From contig WGER01000001.1 of assembly GCA_015492645.1 (NCBI GenBank), forward strand, positions 15,926-79,925: a stretch of 64,000 nucleotides of DNA. The letters are read 5' to 3'. Numbering within the stretch: position 1 is the stretch's first letter; each line of letters opens with the position of its first letter. A program made the translations under genes and the position numbers. The DNA comes from Nitrospirota bacterium (GTDB taxonomy: Bacteria > Nitrospirota > Thermodesulfovibrionia > Thermodesulfovibrionales > JdFR-85). Positions 20,542 through 29,299 of this stretch are shown here, piece by piece. The notes beneath the pieces were generated by a model. It saw nothing but the letters and a program-made list of their open reading frames with translations. It was not told the origin of the DNA and ran no database searches.

Positions 20542-20924
20542 GTGCAGAGGTCAGACAGAAGAGATTCAGGCAGGCGGAGGAGAGTCTTGAAGAGGCCAAA
20601 GTGGTGAGGGAGGCGAGGGTGAGCAATCTCGCGGTGCTTACAAAACTCTATCACGCAATGATCTATTCCCTGATGGCCCTCTATGAGATTGAGGAGATTG
20701 GAGGACTCACCCATGCTGACCTTATAGAGAGGTTCAAGAAGGAATATGTTGAAAGGGGACTGGTTGATAGCAGGTATCTTGAGGCCCTCATGAAAGGGTA
20801 TGAGTATACCCATGAATGCGACTGTATTCATATGAAGGAACCAGAAGACACGGAGATAGAGAACCTTCTTCCGCTTACAGAAGGATTGCTTAAGAAGACC
20901 AGGGATCTGACAGGAGGACAGTAG
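20538..20924 (+). CDS. HEPN-like domain protein
   Basis: Four-helix pattern (..AEESLEEAK...LYHAMIYSLMAL...). No clear Rx4-6H motif. ATGA overlap with tlpA. Confidence 0.45.
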   Translation: MSAEVRQKRFRQAEESLEEAKVVREARVSNLAVLTKLYHAMIYSLMALYEIEEIGGLTHADLIERFKKEYVERGLVDSRYLEALMKGYEYTHECDCIHMKEPEDTEIENLLPLTEGLLKKTRDLTGGQ

Positions 20925-20925
20925 A

Positions 20926-21690
20926 TTAATTCTCGGCCACGTGACCTGCCTGCTGTGCTGAGTTATGAAGATCCAGTATCCTTATACCATCTATATAGTT
21001 GGTAGTCCTGTAATGGGTTATATGTAACATCTTCTTGATAATGTCATCCATCTTGAGGCACTGCTGCCTGAGTGTTTCCAGATCGTGCTCCACAGGTTCG
21101 CCACTGTCGATCTGGATCTTCAGGAGTTCCGTGAGCCCTATTATAACGGACAGCGGCTGGCGCATCTCATGGGCAGTGGCACCTGCAAGTTCAATCAATG
21201 CACTCAATCTCTTCTCTTCTATCTCTCTGTTAAGCCTATGATGGACCTTCCTGGAAAGGTGCCAGGAGATAAAGAATACCGAGACAGTGGATAGGAGACC
21301 TATAGATAAAAAGGACAGGATATCTCTTTTTATCTTCTGCCTGTGTACTCTGTCAGATACGGTCATGGGAATTTCTATAGAATTCAGGTTGCTGTCTCTG
21401 CCTTGTTGATAGTAGAAGACCCTTGAGCCTTCTCTGTTCACAATCCTGTATCTTTCACCATCAGGAATAATATCTGAAGGCCTGATTTTCCTCTTTTCCC
21501 CCAGGGATGCGATATCTCTGTTGGTAACATATATGGAGAGCATCCTTCCAGTCTCTATCAGTTCCTCAATCTGTTCCTGTCTGTGCTTCCTTATTGACCA
21601 GAGGCTGAGAGCAACAACCAGAAAAACAATGACCGCAGTAAATGGCAGTGTGTAATACAGCGTTAGATTTAAAGGTCTCCTGTAACTCAT
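20926..21690 (-). CDS. membrane protein with HisKA-like dimerisation/phosphoacceptor domain but no ATPase domain
   Basis: Two TM segments. H-box ATAHEMRQPLSVI. The ORF ends ~60 aa later with no HATPase_c. AGGAGG RBS supports the start at 21690. Confidence 0.65.
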   Translation of the reverse strand: MSYRRPLNLTLYYTLPFTAVIVFLVVALSLWSIRKHRQEQIEELIETGRMLSIYVTNRDIASLGEKRKIRPSDIIPDGERYRIVNREGSRVFYYQQGRDSNLNSIEIPMTVSDRVHRQKIKRDILSFLSIGLLSTVSVFFISWHLSRKVHHRLNREIEEKRLSALIELAGATAHEMRQPLSVIIGLTELLKIQIDSGEPVEHDLETLRQQCLKMDDIIKKMLHITHYRTTNYIDGIRILDLHNSAQQAGHVAEN

Positions 21691-21744
21691 TGTCACCTCC
21701 TGAGAATTAAGAGGCAGCCAGGACTCTGGCTGCCTCTCAGTCAA

Positions 21745-22143
21745 TTAATACCAGCAGGGAGAACCGAATACTCCACCTCTCTGGGCTGTCCTCGGTGTCT
21801 TCTGATAGATCTTCTGCTGTAGTTCTGTGATCTCCTTCTGGAGTCCTGTTAAGACCTCAGGGCTGGTCTTGGGGTCTCTCAGGGCCTCAAAATACTCGAA
21901 CTGTTTCTCCTGCAACTGTCTTCTAAGGTCCTTGGTTTCATCAAGGAACCTCTGGTCATAGCCATATCCACCGGCCCAGCCCATCATCCCAGGGCCCATG
22001 CCATAACCACCCATCATGCCTCGTCCCATCATTCCATAGCCACCACCCATCATGCCTCCAAACCAGCCTGGACCAAAGGCAAAGGCACCTGCACCAAGGG
22101 CCAGTACTGCTGTGACTGTCAATACTACGAGTAACCTCTTCAT
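21745..22143 (-). CDS. periplasmic Spy/CpxP/ZraP-like protein with Gly/Met-rich region
   Basis: Signal peptide, then GMMGGGYGMMGRGMMGGYGMGPGMMG, then a helical LxxxQ-type region. GAGGAGG RBS. Confidence 0.6.
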   Translation of the reverse strand: MKRLLVVLTVTAVLALGAGAFAFGPGWFGGMMGGGYGMMGRGMMGGYGMGPGMMGWAGGYGYDQRFLDETKDLRRQLQEKQFEYFEALRDPKTSPEVLTGLQKEITELQQKIYQKTPRTAQRGGVFGSPCWY

Positions 22144-22269
22144 TTAAAACCTCCTCTGGTTGATTTTGGCTGCCAAGCAACCCATATCTTGGTTTCTATA
22201 ATACATCCAGGTTTTGAATTTAAGATGAAAATAAAATGAAAGAAATGTGAAGATCATCGCAAGGCGGAA

Positions 22270-22464
22270 GTGAGGACTCATCTATTCAGGATCAATACCT
22301 CTCCTGATGCATCTATGTTCTATACAGAGGAGGTAAAGGGGAAAAAGAAGACCTTTGCGAGGGGTTTTATTACAGTGGACTTTGCCTGTCTGGGTTGTCA
22401 TAAAAACAGGGATAAGAAATGGGCCTCTCAGATGGCAAAGGGGGTTCATACCAGAGGGAAATAG
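22270..22464 (+). pseudogene. possible C-terminal remnant of a c-type (multi)heme cytochrome
   Basis: 64-aa GTG ORF with a single CLGCH motif near the C-terminus. There is no signal peptide and no upstream continuation in frame. Confidence 0.3.
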
Positions 22465-22474
22465 TCAAAAGAAA

Positions 22475-22496
22475 GGGGCAGCCTTGAGGCTGCCCC
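22475..22496 (-). terminator. intrinsic terminator hairpin between convergent genes
   Basis: GGGGCAGCC-TTGA-GGCTGCCCC (9 bp). On the minus strand it is followed by CTTTCTTTT. Confidence 0.7.
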
Positions 22497-22523
22497 TGAA
22501 GGGAGGTACGAGGCGGTTCAGCC

Positions 22524-23714
22524 TCAGATAAGACAACTCCTGTAAAGCGGGTCTCTCACATCCTGGACTCTACCATGTGCCAACTGGATGGTGTCTCTCA
22601 ACATAGCCTTTATTTCCGCCGTAAACCCAATATGCTGAATCACGTCTAACAGGACTCTGTTAGACAGATCACTCAGTTGATAGAAATCGGTGTCAGTTAT
22701 GGTGTGTACATTATTTCTGAGCATGTATACCACCCTTTCTATGGTTCTTCCTGCCTCATGGCCGTAAACATTTCTTCCGAACCAGGACAGGTCGTCCTTT
22801 GTCAGAGGCATGTAACTATGTACTGGAAGTGCTATGTACAGCATCTTCAGAGTTACATTTAAGAACCTCTCAACAGGGCCATGCCCCTGACAAACTCCCT
22901 TTCTTTTACATTCTCCTGATAAACTGTGGGAGTCTCTTATCTGCCGGGCCAGGTCTCTTATAGATCCGTAGTACTGTGTAAGGATTCCATTATAAAGAGC
23001 CTTAAGGATATATCTTCTGGTTGGCATACGAGGTGGATAGAGGTTTTCCACCCTCTCCATAAAACCATCAGAACGGATCTTTACTCCATGCCTGAGAGAA
23101 TATGAGAATGGAGAAGAATTACGAAATTCCTCTCTTACCATCTCCTCTGTCAGGACCGTGTACTCAATGTCTGTCTTCTGTCCGTGGGACTGTTCATCGA
23201 TCTCCCTCTGAAACACCAGATCGCACACCTTTTCAAAACTGCCATCTTTACATATCAGCACCACATCAATATCCGATCCTGATGTATTTCTCTTAAAGGC
23301 CATGCTACCAACAAGTACAACCGCACTGATTTCATCTAATACCGGTCTCAGGAAACCTAACTTCTCTTCCACCTCCTTTAACTGTTCTCCAGAAATCCTC
23401 TCATGCCTTCTGGTATGTGGTGTAGCAGGAGTCTTCTTTTTAAATGATAGGGACTCCAGGAGCCATAGAGAAATGAATCTTCCACCTATTGCCAAAAATA
23501 CTGCATATAGGAGCCCAAGGAAAATCCCGGTCAGGATCACTGTCTTTTCCAGGAGACAGGGCTCTTTTACAGGGAAAGTGAACCTTGACAGGAGGACCAT
23601 TGGACCATAACTCCCAATAAACAGTCCCAGGGGTAGCCCTATTAATAAGAATAAAGCCGGGATACCCCATTTGATTAAGACCTTCCAGACCTTTCTGCTC
23701 TCTGTCCTTTCCAT
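22524..23714 (-). CDS. membrane-anchored nucleotidyltransferase-domain protein with helical C-terminal domain
   Basis: TM helices, then the NTase motif GSMAFKRNTSGSDIDVVLI, then ~230 aa of helical region. Start set at the internal ATG 23714 (TATCAT box 6 nt upstream); the ORF track starts at 23786. Confidence 0.6.
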   Translation of the reverse strand: MERTESRKVWKVLIKWGIPALFLLIGLPLGLFIGSYGPMVLLSRFTFPVKEPCLLEKTVILTGIFLGLLYAVFLAIGGRFISLWLLESLSFKKKTPATPHTRRHERISGEQLKEVEEKLGFLRPVLDEISAVVLVGSMAFKRNTSGSDIDVVLICKDGSFEKVCDLVFQREIDEQSHGQKTDIEYTVLTEEMVREEFRNSSPFSYSLRHGVKIRSDGFMERVENLYPPRMPTRRYILKALYNGILTQYYGSIRDLARQIRDSHSLSGECKRKGVCQGHGPVERFLNVTLKMLYIALPVHSYMPLTKDDLSWFGRNVYGHEAGRTIERVVYMLRNNVHTITDTDFYQLSDLSNRVLLDVIQHIGFTAEIKAMLRDTIQLAHGRVQDVRDPLYRSCLI

Positions 23715-23720
23715 GCTGAC

Positions 23721-23726
23721 ATGATA
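23721..23726 (-). promoter_or_regulatory. -10 box TATCAT, 6 nt upstream of ATG 23714 (leaderless candidate)
   Basis: The minus strand reads CTGTATCAT-GTCAGC-ATG. Confidence 0.3.
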
Positions 23727-24134
23727 CAGGGGATTTTTGAACAAAAGATGAAAGAGATATGAAGAAAATGTGAACTGGATCTTCATATCTCTGGTATCTT
23801 AATTGCAGGTATGGCATAAAGGCATTTTAGAGACATCGAATCTGGAGAGACTACAGTGAAAGAGGTGTCGTTAATGATTTTTCAGAGACTGTTAGATTGG
23901 CAACGGCGATGGAGTGTAGTTGAAATCCGTAATTCTTTCAGAGGTCGCCCTGCCCCGATATTTTCATAGATACCACTGTGGTCTTGCCAGGGGGTAATTC
24001 ATTAGATCGGTCGCCTCTTTGTCCCTTCCGAAGAAACAATACATATTACATCTGACCAATAAGCAGTCCCTTTCAGCAGGACATGCCGGACAATGTCAGT
24101 CCAGAGGCAATAAGTGGAATCCGATGGGCGGTTC

Positions 24135-24143
24135 TGATATAAT
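24135..24143 (+). promoter_or_regulatory. extended -10 box TGATATAAT, 7 nt upstream of ATG 24151 (leaderless candidate)
   Basis: Read directly. No SD. Confidence 0.45.
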
Positions 24144-24150
24144 ACATTTG

Positions 24151-24864
24151 ATGGTCAAAACGGAAAGAGCGAGTCTCATTGAAAGAATCTCTGAGGTCTA
24201 CAAGAGGGTATCCCATGCAGCAATGAGGGCTGGCAGGGACCCCTCAGAGGTGAAGGTAATTGCTGTCACAAAGACCATACCAGCAGAACAGATCATGGAG
24301 GCGGTGGAAGCAGGGATAAGGATTATCGGAGAGAACAGGGTCCAGGAGGCAAGGCAGAAGATTCTGGCCCTGAAGGATACCATTCCACCAACCGTGCAAT
24401 GGCATATGATAGGCCATCTCCAGAAGAACAAGGTGAGGCCCGCCCTACAGATGTTTGAACTGATCCATTCCCTTGACAGTATGGAACTGGCTGAAAGGAT
24501 AAACAGGATCGCTGCGGAGTATGGGAAGGTCCAGAGGTGTCTCATACAGGTGAAACTCTCTGATGAAGAGACCAAATACGGTATCAGACCAGAATACCTC
24601 GAGGCAATGCTCAACAGGGTCTCGGAGATGCAGAACATAAGGGTTGAAGGACTCATGACAATCCCTCCATACCTTGAAGACCCGGAGATGGTGAGACCCT
24701 ATTTCAGGAGACTGAGACGGTTGAGGGACGAACTCCAGGAACGTGGATATCAACTGCCTGAACTGTCGATGGGGATGTCAGGGGACTATGAGGTGGCTGT
24801 TGAGGAAGGGGCAACGATTGTGAGAATAGGTACGGCCATATTTGGGCCAAGGAGGTATGGATGA
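24151..24864 (+). CDS. yggS: YggS-family pyridoxal-phosphate homeostasis protein
   Basis: VTKT PLP-lysine motif and HMIGHLQ.NK. Start moved from 24019 to 24151 to match family length (~237 aa). Confidence 0.85.
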   Translation: MVKTERASLIERISEVYKRVSHAAMRAGRDPSEVKVIAVTKTIPAEQIMEAVEAGIRIIGENRVQEARQKILALKDTIPPTVQWHMIGHLQKNKVRPALQMFELIHSLDSMELAERINRIAAEYGKVQRCLIQVKLSDEETKYGIRPEYLEAMLNRVSEMQNIRVEGLMTIPPYLEDPEMVRPYFRRLRRLRDELQERGYQLPELSMGMSGDYEVAVEEGATIVRIGTAIFGPRRYG

Positions 24865-25646
24865 TCGGGTTCATTGGTGGTGGTAACATGGCAGAGGCGA
24901 TAATAAGGGGTCTTGTAGAGAAAGAGACGGGGATCATAGTGTCTGACAGGAGGCAGGAAAGGCTTGCCTTTCTGAGAGACAACTACGGGGTGCAGACCAC
25001 ACCTGATAACTTAGAGGTCTGTCAGAGGGCCTCTCTCATAGTCCTTGCAGTGAAACCTCAGAATATGAAGGAGGTCCTAGAAGAGATAAGGCCGGCTATA
25101 GAGGAAGGACATCTTATTGTCTCGATTGCTGCCGGCATAAGGCTTCTGTGGATATCTGAGATGCTCAATACGGACAGGGTTATAAGGGTAATGCCCAACT
25201 GTGCTGCCCTCTTTGGGGAATCCATGACTGTATTGTCTCCACACAAAGGGGTTACAGAGTCTGACCTTAAGAGGGTGGAGGAGGTCTTCAGGTCAGTGGG
25301 TGATGTTATGGTAATGGAGGAGGAGAAGATGGATACAGTTACGGCCCTCAGCGGCAGTGGGCCTGCCTATGTGGCAGAGTTCGTCGAGTCCCTTGTAGAG
25401 GCTGCGGTGAGGGAGGGTATTACCCATGAGGATGCCCTCAACCTTGTGCTCCAGACCCTGAGGGGGGCTCTAAGGCTCCTTTCAGAGGGGATAGGCACTC
25501 AGGAACTGAAGAGGATGGTCACCTCTCCAGGAGGAACGACTGCGGAGGCACTGTACAGCCTTGACAGGGGTGGTTTCAGGGCAACTGTAAAGGAGGCCCT
25601 CAGGGCGGCAAAAAGGCGTTCAGAAGAATTGAGTAAAGGGAGGTAG
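24861..25646 (+). CDS. proC: pyrroline-5-carboxylate reductase
   Basis: IGFIGGGNMA Rossmann motif and ...SPGGTT... C-terminal motif. Confidence 0.9.
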   Translation: MIGFIGGGNMAEAIIRGLVEKETGIIVSDRRQERLAFLRDNYGVQTTPDNLEVCQRASLIVLAVKPQNMKEVLEEIRPAIEEGHLIVSIAAGIRLLWISEMLNTDRVIRVMPNCAALFGESMTVLSPHKGVTESDLKRVEEVFRSVGDVMVMEEEKMDTVTALSGSGPAYVAEFVESLVEAAVREGITHEDALNLVLQTLRGALRLLSEGIGTQELKRMVTSPGGTTAEALYSLDRGGFRATVKEALRAAKRRSEELSKGR

Positions 25647-25648
25647 AA

Positions 25649-25945
25649 ATGTTTGTTATTGGTAACCTCTTTATAGCAGTGGGTAATGTCCTGGATATCC
25701 TCCTCACCATCTACATGTGGATAATCATCATAGCAGCCCTTGTTAGTTGGGTCAACCCTGACCCCTATAACCCGATAGTGAGATTTCTCTATGGGGTAAC
25801 AGATCCTGTATTGAGACCTATAAGGAGAAGGATCGGTATATTTGGTGGTATAGATATCTCACCCATGATAGCAATACTGATAATACTGTTTCTGAAGTAC
25901 TTCCTGGTCAGAAGCCTTATAGATCTCGGCTACAGGATTAGATAG
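25649..25945 (+). CDS. yggT: YggT-family membrane protein
   Basis: 98 aa and 2 TM, in the conserved yggS-proC-yggT-divIVA context. Confidence 0.8.
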   Translation: MFVIGNLFIAVGNVLDILLTIYMWIIIIAALVSWVNPDPYNPIVRFLYGVTDPVLRPIRRRIGIFGGIDISPMIAILIILFLKYFLVRSLIDLGYRIR

Positions 25946-25953
25946 GAGGAGTT

Positions 25954-26511
25954 ATGAGGATAACACCATTGGATATCCAGCAAAAGCAGTTCCCCGTGAG
26001 GTTCAGGGGATTTGACATGGAGGAGGTTCTCGCCTTTCTGGAGGTGATAAGGGAAGAGATGGAAGACCTCCTCAGAGAAAACGCCTCTCTGAAGGAGCAA
26101 CTGCACAGGGCAGAGGCCCAGTTAGAGGAGTACAGAGAGATGGAGCAGACATTGAGAGAGACCCTGATGACCGCTCAGCAGATGGTGGAGGAATACAAAA
26201 ACAATGCAAGGAAGGAGGCTGAATTGATAATAAGGGAGGCGGAACTGAAGGCAGAGGCGATGATCAAAGACGCTCAACAGAAGGTGATCAAGATCCATGA
26301 GGATATAGTCGATCTTAAGGGGATAAGGAGACATTTTAAGGAGGAGATCAGACGTCTCATAGAGAGCCACCTCAGGATGCTGGAGTTTGATGAGGACAGG
26401 GAACAGGATATGAGGGAGGAGATGCCGGTAAAGGAGACGGAGGAGGCTGAAAGGGTATTTTCAGACCGAGAGAGTGAGGAAGGACAAGAGGGTGAAGTAC
26501 AGGACACCTAA
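25954..26511 (+). CDS. DivIVA domain protein
   Basis: N-terminal ITPLDIQQKQFPVRFRGFDMEEV signature plus coiled coil. Confidence 0.85.
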   Translation: MRITPLDIQQKQFPVRFRGFDMEEVLAFLEVIREEMEDLLRENASLKEQLHRAEAQLEEYREMEQTLRETLMTAQQMVEEYKNNARKEAELIIREAELKAEAMIKDAQQKVIKIHEDIVDLKGIRRHFKEEIRRLIESHLRMLEFDEDREQDMREEMPVKETEEAERVFSDRESEEGQEGEVQDT

Positions 26512-27760
26512 GGGTGTACAGGACATTCTGCCGCCGGAGGTCTCTGTCTGGCAGAAGATTGAAAATGTAGCAAGGAGGGTATTTTCTGTATACGGGTATC
26601 AGGAGATCAGGCCTCCCATTATTGAGTTTACGGAACTCTTTGTGCGCGGGATAGGAGAGGAGACGGATATTGTGGAAAAGGAGATGTACACCTTTCAGGA
26701 CAGGGCAGGCCGGAGCATCACCCTGAGGCCTGAGGGGACCGCCTCAGTTGTGAGGGCATATATCCAGCACCACCTGTACAACCTTCCATCGCCCCAGAGG
26801 TTCTATTACATGGGTCCCATGTTCAGGTACGAGAGACCACAGAAGGGCAGGTACAGACAGTTTCATCAGATAGGAGTGGAGTGCTTCGGTGAGGATACAC
26901 CAAGAGTCGATGCCGAGTTGATGCATATGCTATTCAGATACCTGGAGGCGATAGGTCTAAGGGACCTCAGTTTTGAGATTAACTCCATTGGTTGCAGGCA
27001 GTGTCGGCCTCGGTACAGGGAGAAACTTCTTCAGTTTCTCTCTTCAAAGAGAGAGCAACTCTGTACAGACTGCCTGAGGAGGTACAGCAGGAATCCTCTC
27101 AGAGTGCTGGACTGCAAGGTGCCTGAGTGTATAGAGGCAACAAAGGGGGCACCCGCTGTGACTGAGTATCTCTGTGCCAACTGTCAGGAACACTTCGGGA
27201 GTTTGAAGAGATATCTTGAACAGTTAGGGCTCACCTTCAGGGTTAATCCGAGGATGGTCAGGGGCCTTGACTACTACACGAGGACGACCTTTGAGGTCCT
27301 GTCATCTGAACTGGGTGCCCAGAACGCAGTTGCCGCCGGGGGGAGATACGATGATCTGGTGGAAGAGTTTGGGGGGCCTCCCACCCCTGCGATAGGATTT
27401 GCTGTAGGTGTGGAAAGACTGGCCACCCTCATTATGGAGAGGGCAGATACAGAAGGCCCAAGGTTGTTTGGCTATTTTGCCACCCTTGGTGAAAGGGCGA
27501 CGGAGGAGGCCATGGGCCTTGCCTCAAGACTCCGTGACAGGGGGCTGTGGGTTGAGATGAACTATCGCCCTGAGGCATCATTGAAGAGTCAGTTGAGGAA
27601 GGCCAACAGGATGAAGGCGATGTATGTATTTATACTCGGTGAAGAGGAGATACAGAAGGGTGTAATAAGATACAAGAGGATGGATGACGGTTTTCAGTCA
27701 GAGGTGAAACTGTCTGATTTCGTGGCCTTCATTACCGGTTCAATGGTTCAGGAGTCCTGA
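26474..27760 (+). CDS. hisS: histidine--tRNA ligase
   Basis: Class II motifs (RYERPQKGRYRQFHQ, GGGRYD). The start is uncertain: GTG 26474 or GTG 26492. Confidence 0.9.
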   Translation: MRKDKRVKYRTPKGVQDILPPEVSVWQKIENVARRVFSVYGYQEIRPPIIEFTELFVRGIGEETDIVEKEMYTFQDRAGRSITLRPEGTASVVRAYIQHHLYNLPSPQRFYYMGPMFRYERPQKGRYRQFHQIGVECFGEDTPRVDAELMHMLFRYLEAIGLRDLSFEINSIGCRQCRPRYREKLLQFLSSKREQLCTDCLRRYSRNPLRVLDCKVPECIEATKGAPAVTEYLCANCQEHFGSLKRYLEQLGLTFRVNPRMVRGLDYYTRTTFEVLSSELGAQNAVAAGGRYDDLVEEFGGPPTPAIGFAVGVERLATLIMERADTEGPRLFGYFATLGERATEEAMGLASRLRDRGLWVEMNYRPEASLKSQLRKANRMKAMYVFILGEEEIQKGVIRYKRMDDGFQSEVKLSDFVAFITGSMVQES

Positions 27761-28466
27761 AGATGCTTAAAGAGCAGAGGTCAGTATCCAGGCTCCATCT
27801 ACCCCTTCTGGTGGGTGCCCTGAGGGCCTTTCTGAGCATCCTGAGAAACTGAGCCCTCTTCACCTCCTTCGCCCCAAACCTGAGCATATGTTCGGTCTTC
27901 ACCTGGCAGTCTATAAAATGGAAGTTCCATCTCTTTAATTGAAAGACAAGGCCTACAAATGCGACCTTTGATGCATTACTCACCCTTGTGAACATGCTCT
28001 CTCCAAAGAAGGCCGCCCCAAGACTGACCCCATACAGTCCACCGACCAGTCTGTCTTCCACCCAGGTCTCAACAGAGTGAGCATATCCCTCGTGATGAAG
28101 GTTGATATATGCCTCTACCATCTCATCTGTTAGCCAGGTGCCACCTGACTTCTCTGTATGTACCTGTCTGCAGGAGGTGATCACTTCTTCAAAGGAGGAG
28201 TCCATGGTCAACCTGAAGATCCCCTTTTTTATGACCTGCCTCAGTGATCTGCTGAGTTTCAATTCATGGGGCAGTAGCACAGGTCTCGGATCAGGTGACC
28301 ACCATAGGATGGGTGAGCCTTCGGAGTACCAGGGGAATATACCCATCTCGTAGGCCTTCAGGAGCCTCTCAAGGGACAAATCGCCTCCAATCGCCAGGAG
28401 CCCATCCTCTTCTGCGAACTCCGGCGGTGGAAACAGTGGCTCTTCCGTAAGAAGAAAAAGGGCCAT
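27732..28466 (-). CDS. aat: leucyl/phenylalanyl-tRNA--protein transferase
   Basis: GIFPWY..., WWSPDPR and GESMF motifs. Start moved to ATG 28466. The 3' end overlaps hisS convergently by 29 nt. Confidence 0.9.
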   Translation of the reverse strand: MALFLLTEEPLFPPPEFAEEDGLLAIGGDLSLERLLKAYEMGIFPWYSEGSPILWWSPDPRPVLLPHELKLSRSLRQVIKKGIFRLTMDSSFEEVITSCRQVHTEKSGGTWLTDEMVEAYINLHHEGYAHSVETWVEDRLVGGLYGVSLGAAFFGESMFTRVSNASKVAFVGLVFQLKRWNFHFIDCQVKTEHMLRFGAKEVKRAQFLRMLRKALRAPTRRGRWSLDTDLCSLSIFRTPEPLNR

Positions 28467-28472
28467 ATTTTT

Positions 28473-28478
28473 ATTATA
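28473..28478 (-). promoter_or_regulatory. -10 box TATAAT, 6 nt upstream of ATG 28466 (leaderless candidate)
   Basis: The minus strand reads TTTTATAAT-AAAAAT-ATG. Confidence 0.4.
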
Positions 28479-28558
28479 AAACTGGGTACCCCGAGAGGTC
28501 ATCACCTGGGCGTAATTCTCCCAAATTTATACCCTGAATTGGCATTATATAGGCAATA

Positions 28559-28626
28559 GGCAAAGGACATCGGCCTCCCTTGCCCCTTCTTTGATTTTTG
28601 ACTGAAGTCAATGGGCAATCTACGGG
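28559..28626 (+). repeat. copy of dispersed intergenic repeat
   Basis: GGCAAAGGACATCGGCC..CCCTTGCCCC..TTTGATTTTTGACTGAAGTCAATGGGCAATCTAC. By eye it is ~80% identical to the core of 45745-45788. Confidence 0.45.
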
Positions 28627-28649
28627 AGCCCATTTAAGATGAAAATATA

Positions 28650-28658
28650 TGTTAAAAT
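28650..28658 (+). promoter_or_regulatory. extended -10 box TGTTAAAAT, 6 nt upstream of ATG 28665 (leaderless candidate)
   Basis: Read directly. Confidence 0.4.
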
Positions 28659-28664
28659 ATGTCA

Positions 28665-29063
28665 ATGTTGAAAGAGATTACCGTGAAGACAAGGAGCAGG
28701 ATGGAGATGGTGGATATAACCTCTCAGGTGCAGGAGGTGGTGAGGGAGTCTGGGGTGAAGGAAGGTATCTGTTACCTCTATGTACCTCACACCACTGCCG
28801 GGATAACCATAAATGAGGGTGCCGATCCATCAGTGGTAAGGGATATAAACAACACCCTAAGAAAACTGGTTCCACCAGACGCGGGTTATGCCCACCTTGA
28901 GGGCAATGCAGACTCACATGTAAAGACGACAATTGTTGGTCCCAACACATTCGCCTTTGTAGAAGGTGGAAGACTCAGGCTGGGTACATGGCAGTCCATT
29001 TTTCTCTGTGAGTTTGACGGTCCAAGGACGCGGAGGGTCCTTGTAAAGGTATTTTCAGGATGA
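28665..29063 (+). CDS. YjbQ/UPF0047-family protein (secondary thiamine-phosphate synthase family)
   Basis: ...VDIT..V...V..SG...[16 protein letters not shown]... signature. Start at 28665 or 28659. Confidence 0.8.
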   Translation: MLKEITVKTRSRMEMVDITSQVQEVVRESGVKEGICYLYVPHTTAGITINEGADPSVVRDINNTLRKLVPPDAGYAHLEGNADSHVKTTIVGPNTFAFVEGGRLRLGTWQSIFLCEFDGPRTRRVLVKVFSG

Positions 29064-29299
29064 GAGGCAGGGTGGAAGTAGACAGGGAACTCTGTAAGGG
29101 CTGTGGCTATTGTGTGGTCACCTGTCCAAAGAAGGTGCTGGTTATAGATGAGGACTTCAATTCACAGGGCTATTATCCTGTAAAGGTGGCTCTGCCAGAG
29201 GAATGCACAGGTTGTTCTCTATGTGCAGAGATCTGTCCAGATATTGCGATAACCGTGTGGAAGCAGGTAAGCCCCCTGGTCAGGGAGACCTCAGGATGA
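29060..29299 (+). CDS. 2x[4Fe-4S] ferredoxin-domain protein
   Basis: [12 protein letters not shown] and [12 protein letters not shown] motifs. Confidence 0.85.
   Translation: MRGRVEVDRELCKGCGYCVVTCPKKVLVIDEDFNSQGYYPVKVALPEECTGCSLCAEICPDIAITVWKQVSPLVRETSG

Noticed and set aside
22237-22272. Possible TGA read-through (selenocysteine) extending the cytochrome-like ORF upstream
   Set aside because: The sequence upstream of the TGA at 22237 gives only MKIK from an ATG. There is no signal peptide, no SECIS-like hairpin after the TGA and no redox motif at the TGA position.
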